DNA from: an uncultured Lachnospiraceae bacterium
Lineage (GTDB): Bacteria; Bacillota; Clostridia; Lachnospirales; Lachnospiraceae
DNA length: 64,000 bases
NCBI GenBank assembly: GCA_902798585.1
Contig: CADBXF010000005.1
Coordinates: 82,824 to 146,823 of the forward strand
Direction of reading: 5' to 3'
Both the position numbers and the translations under genes were made by a program. Shown here one piece after another: positions 1 to 9,636 of this stretch (its first letter is position 1; the number at the start of each line of letters is the position of its first letter). Under the pieces are notes generated by a model. The model was not told the DNA's origin, made no database searches, and was given only the letters and a program-made list of their open reading frames with translations.

Positions 1-533
1 TCTCGCCGAGCGCATGGTACGCACCGTGCGAATACGCGACAAGCTTCGCCGCCTCCAAATCGAAGCGACCCTTCGCATCCATGTAGCGGTCGTCAACCGT
101 CACGCCGACAACTTCCGCGATATACATATCGTGCGAACCGAGGCGCTCCGTCTTTCTCACCTTGCAATAGAGATTGACCGGGCTTTCCGCAATCGCCGGA
201 GTCTCCATGTAATCGGAGGTGTAAGCCGACAGCCCGTTCTCCGCGAATTTGTCGAAGTCGCGGCCGGAGCGAACGCCGCACCAATCGCACGCCTTCACCA
301 GGTCTTCGTTCACCAGATTGACAACAAACTCCCCGCTCTCCTCGATAAGCTCGTGCGAGTAACGCTCCGGGCGCACCGACACGGAGAGCATCACGGGATC
401 CGAGCAGATCGTACCCGCCCATGCGAGCGTCACGATGTTCGGCTTCTCGTCCGCACCCTTTTTCTTACAACTCACCATCACAACCGGCACCGGATAGAGC
501 ATGTTCCCTGCCTTCCAATTCTGTTTTCCCATG
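1..533 (-). CDS. flavin reductase-like FMN-binding (split-barrel) protein, 3' end outside window
   Basis: Own translation of the minus strand from ATG 533-531 (GGAGGA at 546-541, 7-nt spacer): MGKQNWKAGNMLYPVPVVMVSCKKKGADEKPNIVTLAWAGTICSDPVMLSVSVRPERYSHELIEESGEFVVNL... The frame stays open to base 1, so it is absent from the ORF track. The pattern is typical of the flavin reductase/flavoredoxin family. Confidence 0.75.
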
Positions 534-610
534 GATTAATCCTCCTTCTTTTATGACAAAACCGCCGCGCGGTCGTTGCGCGCTGCGGGCGTCGCATTTG
601 TATCCGCTGT

Positions 611-1861
611 TTACAGCACAATCGTCTCCGTCACATCGCTGCTCTCGCGAAGCGAAAGCGCTGCCGTCAGAGCGCCGTCCGTGAGCTCATAATCGCCCTT
701 GAAGCCGGTCAGCGTCACATAGCCCTCCTCATCGGTGGTCACATCGGAAACCGTCCACCACTCGTTGTGAATCAGATCCTTAAGCATCTCATACGAAGGC
801 TTCGGCGAGCCGTCCTTCCGAAGCACGCCGCTCGGTGCGCCGAGCCATGCGCCGTCCGTAAAATCCCATCCCGTAACGGCCTCGACAAGCGGATGCTCGA
901 AGAGGATGCGATACATCTCCTCCATCTCGCGGCGCTGTCTCTCCTCGCCCTCGGGCGTCGACGGCCAATCCGGAACCTGCCAGTCGTTGAGGTCCACGAT
1001 ATGCGCGGGCATCAAATCCCCCGAGATCAAAGTATTTTCCGTAAAATGAATCGGCTTTCCGAAATGCTCAAACCGGCGAAGCACTTCCTCCACCTTCGCT
1101 GCGCCCCAGTAGCCCTGGTGCTGGTGGGACTGGATGCCGATGGCGTCGATGGTAACGCCTGCGTTCAGACAGCCGTCCACCAGAATCTCGTAGGAGATTG
1201 AGGTGTTGAAATCGTGCAAAAGAAGCGTCGCGTCCGGGTTGGCCTCGCGCGCCTGCGCGAACACCTTGCGAATCAGACCGACGCGGCCGTGGTCGTTGCA
1301 AATGCGCGTGATGGCGTTGTCGTATTTGTCGAAGATCGGCATGATGACAACCTCGTTGATGACGTCCCAGAAGTCGATGACTCCCTTGAATTCCGTCACA
1401 TCGCGCGTGATGCGCGCAAGCTGCTTCTGCATTATCGTCTCGTTGTCATACTTCATGAGCCAGTCCGCGCAGACCGTATGCCAGCAAAGGGGATGCCCCT
1501 TCACCGTCACTCCCCGGCTGCGCATTAATTCCGCAGTCTTCTTCATGTTGGCGGTGTTCGGCTTCCCTTCCTCGCGCTCGAACATTCCCCAGTAAAACGG
1601 GAGCGTGCCGTAGTTATATACGGCAAGCCACTGCTCGATTTTCTTCCGAAGCTGTTCCGGATTCGGCCGGAACCGCTCCGGCATATCCGCCGGAAAATCT
1701 CCCGAGAGACTCATCGCATAGGGCAAAAAGTCAAACGCACCGCAGCCGAACAAAAACTTGTGGTTCGTCTGGCGAAGCGTAAGCTTCGTGTTCGTCATGG
1801 CCGTCCCCGCAGCATTTACCACCTTCACCCGTTTCGTCGCTTTTCTGTGTTCTATACTCAT
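611..1861 (-). CDS. glycoside hydrolase family 10-like protein (putative intracellular endo-1,4-beta-xylanase)
   Basis: ORF 611..1870. GH10-type motifs KGHPLCWHT, FWDVINEV (acid/base Glu region) and IHFTENT (nucleophile Glu region). No signal peptide. Start moved to ATG 1861 (MSIEH) because the purine-rich RBS sits directly on the upstream ATG. Confidence 0.8.
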   Translation of the reverse strand: MSIEHRKATKRVKVVNAAGTAMTNTKLTLRQTNHKFLFGCGAFDFLPYAMSLSGDFPADMPERFRPNPEQLRKKIEQWLAVYNYGTLPFYWGMFEREEGKPNTANMKKTAELMRSRGVTVKGHPLCWHTVCADWLMKYDNETIMQKQLARITRDVTEFKGVIDFWDVINEVVIMPIFDKYDNAITRICNDHGRVGLIRKVFAQAREANPDATLLLHDFNTSISYEILVDGCLNAGVTIDAIGIQSHQHQGYWGAAKVEEVLRRFEHFGKPIHFTENTLISGDLMPAHIVDLNDWQVPDWPSTPEGEERQRREMEEMYRILFEHPLVEAVTGWDFTDGAWLGAPSGVLRKDGSPKPSYEMLKDLIHNEWWTVSDVTTDEEGYVTLTGFKGDYELTDGALTAALSLRESSDVTETIVL

Positions 1862-1885
1862 TTTCCTCATCCTTTCGCAAAATCC

Positions 1886-3496
1886 CTATACTGTACTCCT
1901 GTATTGAAAATCCGTAAAGCAGGCCGAGCCGCCGGCCTCCTTCTCCGACCAGACGCAGAGCCCGAATCTCGCCCCCGTAAAATGGTCGAGCCGGAAATAC
2001 AACCTGTGCTCCCCGCCGACTGCTCTCCTTCTTCCGCCTTCTCTTACGAAAAATGTGATTGTATCCTTCATGTTCGTAAAATCCGCCGCAATCCCGAGGG
2101 TAACCTTACCCGCGGTCTCCGCGGAAGCCTCTCCCGCGGGAAGCTCTTCGCGATATGTCACGGTCCCCGGCTCGCTGTCGCTGCTGCCGATGGCAAATCC
2201 CTTCGTCGGCTCGACCCGCCGCACGACCTCAAGATACCGTCGGCCGCCCTCATTTGCAACGCAGATTGCCGCATAGCAGCCCTGCATCGCCGCAAGGCCT
2301 GCCCGGTCACCGTCCTTAAGCCCCGCAAATGCAACCGTCACCTCGGCCTCGCACTGCGGGTAGCACATGCGCTGCGTCAGGGTGTTTCGCGCCTGCGTAA
2401 GATTCGCGCTCACCGCTCCGGTTGTGATTCTCAGCCCGCCCTCCGGCAAAATTACCCACAGCGCGTCATCCGGAACATGGTTCCATTGCCACTGCGGTGA
2501 GAGAAGCTGCCGCGTTTTGCTCTTCCGAAGAGTCCCCGCTGGATTTTCCGGGGTTACTTCCTCCGTGTTACGCGGCAGAAACCGGTCTGAGACAAAGAGC
2601 GGTTCGTACACATGCCGCGGCCTCGTGCTCACGATTTCGATATCCTCGGGAAGCCGTCCGTCAACGCCGAAGACAGGCCTGTCGCCCTCCCATGTGACCG
2701 GCACAAGCACCGGAATCCGGCCGATTGCGCCCGAGTCGCGGAACAGCACGGCGAACCACCGCCCGTCCGGCGTATCGACGAGACCGCCCTGCGCGATTCC
2801 CTGACCGCAGTATCCTCCGTCGTCCCAGAACACATCGCCGCCCTCGTAGGGTCCCGCAACCGACTCCGCGGAAAATATGGCCTCCGTACGCCGCGCCTTG
2901 TCCTTCGGCCAGTGAATGAGCGTGAGGTAATACCTTCCCCGGATTTTGTACAGGTGCGACCCCTCATAGCCGAGGAACACCGCCTCACGGTCATCCCGTA
3001 CAATCACCGTATCAACGCCGCCCTCCTTCGGCCCGGACAAATCCGGCGCAAGCTCCGTCAGGCGGATTTCCGTGTTGCCGGAAACCAGAAATACACGACC
3101 GTCCTCCTCGAAATACAGCGAGCAGTCGTGAAAGTATCCGCGTATTTTCCGATGCTCCCACGGACCCTCTATCGACTCCGCCGTAAAGAGGTGCGTATCC
3201 TCCTGTCCGTGGCTTACGAAAGCCGCATAGAAGCGCCCTTCGTGATACCGAAGGCTCGCCGCCCACATGCCCTTGCCGTAGCTGTTCTGCCCGTCCTCAA
3301 GCCGTTCCGCGGGCGTCCCGTCCAGCTCGTCGAAGAGATATGCCGCAATCTCCCAATGTGCCAAATCGTATGAACGCAGGATGACGCCGCCCGGCATGTA
3401 GTACATCGTCGTGCTGATCAGATAGTAAGTATCGTCCACACGGATGACATCCGGATCCGGGTAATCCATGCGGGTCAGCGGATTGACATTTTTCAT
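1886..3496 (-). CDS. GH43 beta-xylosidase/alpha-L-arabinofuranosidase with C-terminal beta-sandwich domain
   Basis: 536 aa. N-terminus NPLTRMDYPDPDVIRVDDTYYLISTTM is the classic GH43 five-bladed propeller start. About 200 aa of C-terminal XynB-like domain follow. Confidence 0.9.
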   Translation of the reverse strand: MKNVNPLTRMDYPDPDVIRVDDTYYLISTTMYYMPGGVILRSYDLAHWEIAAYLFDELDGTPAERLEDGQNSYGKGMWAASLRYHEGRFYAAFVSHGQEDTHLFTAESIEGPWEHRKIRGYFHDCSLYFEEDGRVFLVSGNTEIRLTELAPDLSGPKEGGVDTVIVRDDREAVFLGYEGSHLYKIRGRYYLTLIHWPKDKARRTEAIFSAESVAGPYEGGDVFWDDGGYCGQGIAQGGLVDTPDGRWFAVLFRDSGAIGRIPVLVPVTWEGDRPVFGVDGRLPEDIEIVSTRPRHVYEPLFVSDRFLPRNTEEVTPENPAGTLRKSKTRQLLSPQWQWNHVPDDALWVILPEGGLRITTGAVSANLTQARNTLTQRMCYPQCEAEVTVAFAGLKDGDRAGLAAMQGCYAAICVANEGGRRYLEVVRRVEPTKGFAIGSSDSEPGTVTYREELPAGEASAETAGKVTLGIAADFTNMKDTITFFVREGGRRRAVGGEHRLYFRLDHFTGARFGLCVWSEKEAGGSACFTDFQYRSTV

Positions 3497-3508
3497 ATCG
3501 CTTTCCTC

Positions 3509-4183
3509 CTACTGCGATACGCGAAAATGTCCGACCGGCTCGCCCCAGCTCACCAGCGCATCCTCCTCATATCGCGCCTGCCACACGCCGCTGTGATGAA
3601 TCAGGTACGGAATCCCCTCCTCGTTTCTGCGGTCCGAAACAATCCCGATATGGCTCTTGTAAATGACGATATCGCCGCCCTGCCACTCCGAAATCTCGGA
3701 TGGGTCCGTCGTCAGCGAAATCGCGGTATGCCGGAAATACACAATCAGATTGCGCACCCGGCGAAAATCAATCATCGAATCCGGCTTCTCAATGTCGTAG
3801 TCGCCCGGATGGGCTTCGATGTCCGCCGCAACCAGCTCCTGCAGATTGTACCCCGCAGCCAGCATCGCATTGGCCACAACATCCGTGCACACGCCGTACT
3901 CGTCGTTTGACCAGCCGGTATCCGCATAGTATACGCTCTTGTATTTCGGGTGTTTGGCGTTCAGATACGCCCAGGCGCCGTCCAGAATGTCCGTCTGGTC
4001 GTCCACGCCGTCACCGTCCTTATCGACAGAGCTCCGCACACGCTCAATCTTGCCGTCATACCGGTCGGGCAGCCGCTTCGTCGATGTGTGCTGATACTGA
4101 AAATATACATAGGTGCCGATTCCCGCGCCGCAAACCAGCAGCGCAATCAACACCGCAACAACAACCTTCACATGCTTTTTCAT
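3509..4183 (-). CDS. DUF1287 domain-containing membrane-anchored protein
   Basis: N-terminal TM segment, then GVCTDVVANAMLAAGYNLQELV...IDFRRVRNLIVYF...GDIVIY, which fits the DUF1287 pattern. Start taken at MKKHVK (GGGGGA RBS). Confidence 0.75.
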   Translation of the reverse strand: MKKHVKVVVAVLIALLVCGAGIGTYVYFQYQHTSTKRLPDRYDGKIERVRSSVDKDGDGVDDQTDILDGAWAYLNAKHPKYKSVYYADTGWSNDEYGVCTDVVANAMLAAGYNLQELVAADIEAHPGDYDIEKPDSMIDFRRVRNLIVYFRHTAISLTTDPSEISEWQGGDIVIYKSHIGIVSDRRNEEGIPYLIHHSGVWQARYEEDALVSWGEPVGHFRVSQ

Positions 4184-4210
4184 GATATTTCCCCCAATCA
4201 CCGCAGCTTT

Positions 4211-5860
4211 CTACAGCTGCTCCAGAAGTGCCGAAAGGCCTCCTTCTTTGTAAACCTTGCGGTAGTGTTCTACCTCTTCGCGAATCAGGTCGTCAATCAT
4301 CCGCATCCCGAGAAGCTCAACCGGCGCGCGGTCGTCCGTGAGAATCCGATTGCCGCCCTCATAGCGCACAAGCGATTTCGCGACCTCCTGCATCATCGCC
4401 GCAAGCTCCGCATCCTTTTCCTTCGAAACCTGCTCTGCGAGCATCTCCTTTAAGCCCGTGCCGCAGGAAGCGAACAGCTCCTGATTCGTCGATCCCTTCA
4501 CATCCACCGTGCACACTTCGGAGAAGACGCTCGCGATGGTGTCCGAGAGATATCGGTTGATTCCGTCCTCACGGTCGGCCTTCATATTCATGTTCACAAC
4601 CATCACGCCGCCATTTGCAAGGTGATCCCGAACAAGCGTAAAGAACTCCTTCGAAGACATTTGAAACGGTATCGTGATGTCCTGGTAGGCATCCACCATG
4701 ATGACATCGTACTTCGTGTCCACGGCGTTCAGAAATGCACGCCCGTCGTAGGTCGTGACCTTCACATTTTCCGGGAGCTCAAAATACTTCTTTGCAAGCT
4801 CCGTAATCTTCTCATCGATCTCAACGCCCTCGACGGTCACATTCGTAAAATACCGCCCGCATTGCGTCGCATATGTCCCCGAGCCGTTGCCGAGCACCAG
4901 GACGGAAAGCTCCTCGCGGTCGTTCACGCCGGCCATAAACGGCGCCGCCATCGCATAGTCGTAATACATGCCCGTGAGACCGCGTTCCTTCAGATACACC
5001 GACTGTACACCGAAGAGGACGTTGGTCGAAAGCACCACTCGCTCGTCGTCCTCATACACCTGCAGATAGTTGTAAACCGACTCGCCCTCATAGGTCAGGT
5101 TTTTCTCCCAGAAGGCGAAGCTGTTATTGTGCCCGAAGATGCAGCACACAAGGAAAATGACCGCCGCTGCCGGAAGCTTCTTCATCTTCCGGACGGCAAT
5201 TCCCGACGAGATGAAATACACTGCGGCGAGCGCAAGCAAAATGCCCGAAAAAATCAGGAAGGTGATTGCCGTTCCAACAGCAGGGATGCTGATAAATGTC
5301 GGGACGAAGGTTCCGATGATGCTGCCGATTGTATTGGACGCATTGAGATTTCCCACAAGCCGCCCGTTGTCCTCGAGATTGTCCGTGGCGAATTTTACGA
5401 GCGACGGCGTGACGGTTCCGAGAAGGAAGAGCGGGAACACGAAACTCACCATGCATGCGGCAAAACCCGCAATCACCAGGAAATTGCTGCTGACCGAGAA
5501 AATCAGAAGCCCCGAGATCCCGAGGATGATGTATTTGCCGAGCACCGGAATCAAAGCAATCCAGATTGCCGCAACTATCACCCTCGCATACAGCCGGTCG
5601 GGGTCGGGCTTTTTGTCCGCGCTCCGCCCGCCGTAGATGTTGCCGAGCGCCATCGCAATCATGATGGTGCCGATGATGATTGTCCACACAATCTGCGATG
5701 AACTGAAATACGGTGCAAGCAACCGGCTCGCGCCGAGCTCCACCGCCATCACGGACATCCCCGCAAAAAATTCCGTCAGATACAAAAATACGCGCCTGCG
5801 CAAAATTGGCCTGCGGTCCGCCAGAGCTGCTATTCTCTCGTTCTCCACTTCCTTCTCCAC
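4211..5860 (-). CDS. fused membrane domain/spermidine synthase-like protein
   Basis: 549 aa. A polytopic N-terminal half (MAVELGASRLLAPYFSSSQIVWT) is followed by a SAM-fold spermidine synthase-like half (VLVLGNGSGT...VEGVEID...DVIMVDAYQD). Confidence 0.85.
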   Translation of the reverse strand: MEKEVENERIAALADRRPILRRRVFLYLTEFFAGMSVMAVELGASRLLAPYFSSSQIVWTIIIGTIMIAMALGNIYGGRSADKKPDPDRLYARVIVAAIWIALIPVLGKYIILGISGLLIFSVSSNFLVIAGFAACMVSFVFPLFLLGTVTPSLVKFATDNLEDNGRLVGNLNASNTIGSIIGTFVPTFISIPAVGTAITFLIFSGILLALAAVYFISSGIAVRKMKKLPAAAVIFLVCCIFGHNNSFAFWEKNLTYEGESVYNYLQVYEDDERVVLSTNVLFGVQSVYLKERGLTGMYYDYAMAAPFMAGVNDREELSVLVLGNGSGTYATQCGRYFTNVTVEGVEIDEKITELAKKYFELPENVKVTTYDGRAFLNAVDTKYDVIMVDAYQDITIPFQMSSKEFFTLVRDHLANGGVMVVNMNMKADREDGINRYLSDTIASVFSEVCTVDVKGSTNQELFASCGTGLKEMLAEQVSKEKDAELAAMMQEVAKSLVRYEGGNRILTDDRAPVELLGMRMIDDLIREEVEHYRKVYKEGGLSALLEQL

Positions 5861-5901
5861 CTTTGTTTATTTTCCGGCTCAGCCGTTCTGAGCTTTCCTG
5901 T

Positions 5902-6564
5902 TCAATCGTTCTGCGCCGTCCGAAGCATCCACGCACACGCGTCGTTCATATCCTCCGCAACACAGTCCGCAAGCTCACGCATCTCGTCCGTCACCGGCAA
6001 AAGGTCCGGCACCATGACGGCCTTCATGCCTGCCGCGTGCGCCGCGCGGATCCCGTTGTGCGAATCCTCCACGGCGATCGCCTGCTCCGGCGCAACACCG
6101 AGCGCCTCACAGGCCTTTAAGAAGATCTCCGGGTCGGGCTTTGAGTGCGTCACGGTGTCGCCTCCGACTACCGCCGCAAAATACTTCAATATCCCGGTCG
6201 ACTCCAGATGTCTCATCACCTTCTCGCGCCTCGTTGAGGAGGCAACCGCAAGCAAAAGCCCCGCCTTCGAGAGCTCCTCCAGCGTCTCGTAAACGCCGTC
6301 CTTCACAGGCACGCCCTTCTCCCGCACATACCGGTTGTACATCTCGCTCGTGCGTTTGCAGTACTCAGGATACGGAAAATCCTCCCCGTAGTGATCGTAC
6401 ACGATCCTCTCCGTCGCCTGCGCGTTGACGCCGATGCACAGCGCGTACACATCAGGCATGTTCGGGATGCCGTCCTCCTTCGCGACCTCGTACCAGCAGT
6501 CGCGGCAGAGCCGCTCCGTGTCGAACAGCACGCCGTCCATATCAAAAACCACCGCAGTAATCAT
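5902..6564 (-). CDS. HAD-superfamily hydrolase (beta-phosphoglucomutase-like subfamily IA)
   Basis: Motif I VVFDMDGVLFDTE and a C-terminal AVEDSHNGIRAAHAAGM motif. The start may instead be 6579. Confidence 0.85.
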   Translation of the reverse strand: MITAVVFDMDGVLFDTERLCRDCWYEVAKEDGIPNMPDVYALCIGVNAQATERIVYDHYGEDFPYPEYCKRTSEMYNRYVREKGVPVKDGVYETLEELSKAGLLLAVASSTRREKVMRHLESTGILKYFAAVVGGDTVTHSKPDPEIFLKACEALGVAPEQAIAVEDSHNGIRAAHAAGMKAVMVPDLLPVTDEMRELADCVAEDMNDACAWMLRTAQND

Positions 6565-6617
6565 AGTTTCACCCTTCAAAGTTCGATACGGATCGAAAAA
6601 GCCCTCCGCGGTCCATA

Positions 6618-7043
6618 CTACTGAATTCTTCCCTCGCCGCCCATCAACCGCGTCATCTCCTCGATTCGCTCAATCGGGAACGGAGGGTTCGTAAGCGGAC
6701 GAAGCGCAATCGACATCAGCTTCATCGGATTGTCGTCCGCCGCAACGCGGTTCGAGCTCATCGCTCCGCATACACGGCACCGGTGGATAATCGCCCACTC
6801 GCCGTTCTTTCTGACCCAAACCGCAATCGCATCCATATGCCCGCCGCAATCGCTCTCGCGATCTCCCGGCTCAATATCCACATGAAGGCTTGTCAGGCAA
6901 TTCGGGCAATGGTTGCGGTGGTCGCTCCCCGCGCCCGCCGGGACAACCGTCCTTCCGCACTCCTTGCACACAAAAGTCTCGTCGCACGGATGCGTCTTAT
7001 AATACCCCTTCTCATAGGATCTCTTCTTGTTCTCTCGATTCAT
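6618..7043 (-). CDS. RNHCP domain-containing protein
   Basis: Contains CKECG...HRNHCPNCLTSLHVD...HRCRVCG. Start set at MNRENKK (AGGAG 9 nt upstream); the longer 171-aa ORF has no RBS. Confidence 0.8.
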   Translation of the reverse strand: MNRENKKRSYEKGYYKTHPCDETFVCKECGRTVVPAGAGSDHRNHCPNCLTSLHVDIEPGDRESDCGGHMDAIAVWVRKNGEWAIIHRCRVCGAMSSNRVAADDNPMKLMSIALRPLTNPPFPIERIEEMTRLMGGEGRIQ

Positions 7044-7360
7044 CGTCATTAACTCCTGTCTGTATCCTCCGCAGGCCGCCGAAAACCGCCCGCCGTTTAC
7101 CCTCACAGTGTACCACACAATCCTTTTCTTCACAATGAAAACCGCTTGTGTTATCCTTTCCTTTTTCGACTGCTGCGGCAGGCCGCCGCCCTTCCGACGA
7201 CAAATCCGCTCCCGCAGAGGTATACTCCTCCGTTATACGCTACGGCGATGCAGATTACCCGCACAGTGTTTCGGTACAATTATTATGCACCTAAGCACAC
7301 ATTATATGTATCTATATCTGTATTCATATTACATTTTTTGTCAGTTTTTCCATAATTTAC

Positions 7361-7389
7361 TTGCGTTCCGCGGTTTCATGTTCTAATAT
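7361..7389 (+). promoter_or_regulatory. candidate sigma-A promoter of the lectin gene pair
   Basis: TTGCGT (7361-7366), a 17-nt spacer, then TAATAT (7384-7389) in an AT-rich intergenic region. The downstream leader carries GGATTAC(7398-7404)-N19-GTAATCC(7424-7430) and GTGATT-N5-AATCAC (about 7433-7449) inverted repeats. Confidence 0.4.
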
Positions 7390-7472
7390 GTAGATTGGAT
7401 TACACGAATCCTTCGTTGCTCCGGTAATCCGGGTGATTTGTGTAATCACAAAACATTACACGAGGTGTTATT

Positions 7473-8462
7473 ATGAGAAGAAGGTTGAAAGTGTTACTGT
7501 TAGTGGCAGCGATGTTTTTCAGCATGCTGCCGCAGCAAACCCGCGAGGCGCCTGCCGACAACTCCTATCACCCCTTGTCCGAGGGGACTTATTACATCCG
7601 AAGCGCATATAACGGCAAAGCTCTGGATGTACAAAGCGGCGCTGATTACAACACCTGCAATGTTGCCACCTATTGGTTTAACGGCAGCAATGCACAGTTA
7701 TGGGAGATTACAGGTAATTCGAGCAGTTATCGAATCAAGCCCAGATGTACCGTGAGCCGTGTGCTGAACCAGTACGGCGACTATGTTGTAAGCGGCCATA
7801 ATGTGAATCTGTGGGATGACATCTATGACCCTACACAGCGCTGGGTGTTCACGCAATGCTCTCCGAGCTCTTTTATCATCCGTTGCGCGGGAGATCCGAA
7901 TTGCGTGTTGGATGTCGCTTCGAACGGCAATGTCTATGTGAGTACATATCAACCCGGAAAGACCTCTCAGGAGTGGTATGTTAATCCCGCAGAAGTCGTT
8001 CTTTCCGAAGGCAATTTCCGATTCAAAAGTGTCGGCAACGGAAACTACCTGGATGTTCAGAACGGCGCCGACTATAACGGATGCAATGTCGGAACCTACA
8101 CCTTTAACGGAAGCGGTGCACAGACATGGCATGTTTCCGGTCCTTCCAACTGGCTGAAAATCAAACCGCTCTGCACGGCAAACCGCGTTTTGAACCAATA
8201 CGGATATACCGTAGCCAGCGGTAACAATGTAAACATCTGGGACGATGTCTATGACGGAACCGTACGATGGACATTCGAATTTATCGGTTATTGGGGAAAC
8301 GGCAGCACCCAGAACGGCGGATATGACTGTGTTTTCGCCATTCACTGTGCCGGCAATCCCGCCTGCGTCCTGTCGCTGGACAGCTACGGAAATGTCTGCG
8401 TCCAGGAGCAGCAGTTGTTTAACCGTTCACAGCTGTGGGTTTTGGAATATGTCGGAAACTGA
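7473..8462 (+). CDS. secreted ricin-type (R-type) lectin, two beta-trefoil domains
   Basis: Signal peptide MRRRLKVLLLVAAMFFSMLP. Two roughly 145-aa halves each carry three QxW-like motifs (AQLWEI, QRWVF, QEWYV / AQTWHV, VRWTF, SQLWVL). No catalytic domain. Confidence 0.8.
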   Translation: MRRRLKVLLLVAAMFFSMLPQQTREAPADNSYHPLSEGTYYIRSAYNGKALDVQSGADYNTCNVATYWFNGSNAQLWEITGNSSSYRIKPRCTVSRVLNQYGDYVVSGHNVNLWDDIYDPTQRWVFTQCSPSSFIIRCAGDPNCVLDVASNGNVYVSTYQPGKTSQEWYVNPAEVVLSEGNFRFKSVGNGNYLDVQNGADYNGCNVGTYTFNGSGAQTWHVSGPSNWLKIKPLCTANRVLNQYGYTVASGNNVNIWDDVYDGTVRWTFEFIGYWGNGSTQNGGYDCVFAIHCAGNPACVLSLDSYGNVCVQEQQLFNRSQLWVLEYVGN

Positions 8463-8543
8463 TTGTCCGGACTTCACAGCCGGCTCAGAGTAGGCTAAAG
8501 GCAAATTTGATTTGGTGTTTAAAAACTATAATGAGGTGATAAC

Positions 8544-9521
8544 ATGAAAAGGAAATTCAGATCTTTATTATTGGCAGTGGCTTTATTATTCAGTTTACTT
8601 CCCGCGATGCCGCAGAAGGCCGAAGCGGCTCCTTGGGCGACAATTGCCGCAGGCAAGTACTATATTAAAAACGAGGCAACCCAGAAGTTCCTGAATGTCT
8701 GCGACGCCGGCAACTGGAACAACTGCAATGTCGACACCTGGTATTTTAACGGCTGCGGCGCGCAGGTTTGGACAATCTCCGGCAATTCGAACAGCTATAA
8801 GGTGCAGCCCGGTTGCAGCTCCACAAGAGTGCTGAATCAGTGGGGCGACTATGTTGTAAGCGGTCATAATGTATGCCTCTGGGACAACACGAACGACCCT
8901 TCGCAGAGATGGGTGTTTCAGGAAGTCGCACCCGGCGAATATGTCATTCGCTGTGCAGGAAACACGAACTGTGTACTGGATGTTAACAATTCCGGCAATG
9001 TATATGTAAACAGCTACAACGGCAGTGCCTCTCAGAAATGGCTGCTCTCTCAGGCGGAATATCAGCTTCCTTCCGGATACTATCGGATCAAGAACATTTC
9101 GAACGGAAAATATCTCGATGCATCCAACGCAGGAGATTACAACAACTGCGATGTAATTACCTGGACCGGCAACAATTCCAACGCACAGAAATGGAACATT
9201 TCCGGAAGCGCAAACTTCCTGAAAATCAAGCCCAAATGCACGGTAAGTCGCGTCCTGAATCAGTGGGGTGACAATGTGGTTGCCGGGCACAATGTATGCC
9301 TGTGGGACAACACAAATCACGCCTCGCAGAGATGGACATTGGAATTCCTCGGTGTCTGGGGCGGCGATGCCGGTCCCGCGCTCGTCTTCAGAATTCACTG
9401 TGTAGGAAATCCCGCCTGCGTTCTCGATGTAAACTCGAGCGGAAGTGTCTATGTAGATACATTAACGCCGAACTATATGATCGATAAGACGCAGTGCTGG
9501 ATTATTGAACCGATAAATTAA
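8544..9521 (+). CDS. secreted ricin-type lectin, two beta-trefoil domains (paralog of 7473..8462)
   Basis: Signal peptide plus the same architecture. Long colinear matches to the upstream gene (RVLNQ[YW]GDYVVSGHNV.LWD, IRCAG..NCVLDV). Confidence 0.8.
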   Translation: MKRKFRSLLLAVALLFSLLPAMPQKAEAAPWATIAAGKYYIKNEATQKFLNVCDAGNWNNCNVDTWYFNGCGAQVWTISGNSNSYKVQPGCSSTRVLNQWGDYVVSGHNVCLWDNTNDPSQRWVFQEVAPGEYVIRCAGNTNCVLDVNNSGNVYVNSYNGSASQKWLLSQAEYQLPSGYYRIKNISNGKYLDASNAGDYNNCDVITWTGNNSNAQKWNISGSANFLKIKPKCTVSRVLNQWGDNVVAGHNVCLWDNTNHASQRWTLEFLGVWGGDAGPALVFRIHCVGNPACVLDVNSSGSVYVDTLTPNYMIDKTQCWIIEPIN

Positions 9522-9576
9522 TCAGCGGCAGTCGCACTGTCGTCGGCGCTGCATTTTTCTTCGCAGGAACAAAAAT

Positions 9577-9613
9577 CAGGCGGACACGCTTCCCGCGTGC
9601 CCGCCTGTAATTT
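9577..9613 (+). terminator. hairpin between convergent genes (possible bidirectional terminator)
   Basis: CAGGCGGACACGC-loop-GCGTGCCCGCCTG (one mismatch) followed by TAATTTAT. The T-tract is weak. Confidence 0.45.
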
Positions 9614-9636
9614 ATCGCAGCAATTTATTATGTGTC

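Noticed and set aside
7027-7386. ORFs of 119 and 69 aa in the AT-rich region upstream of the lectin genes
   Set aside because: There is no RBS, the composition is driven by the AT-rich intergenic sequence, and the ORFs overlap the RNHCP gene start and the predicted lectin promoter.
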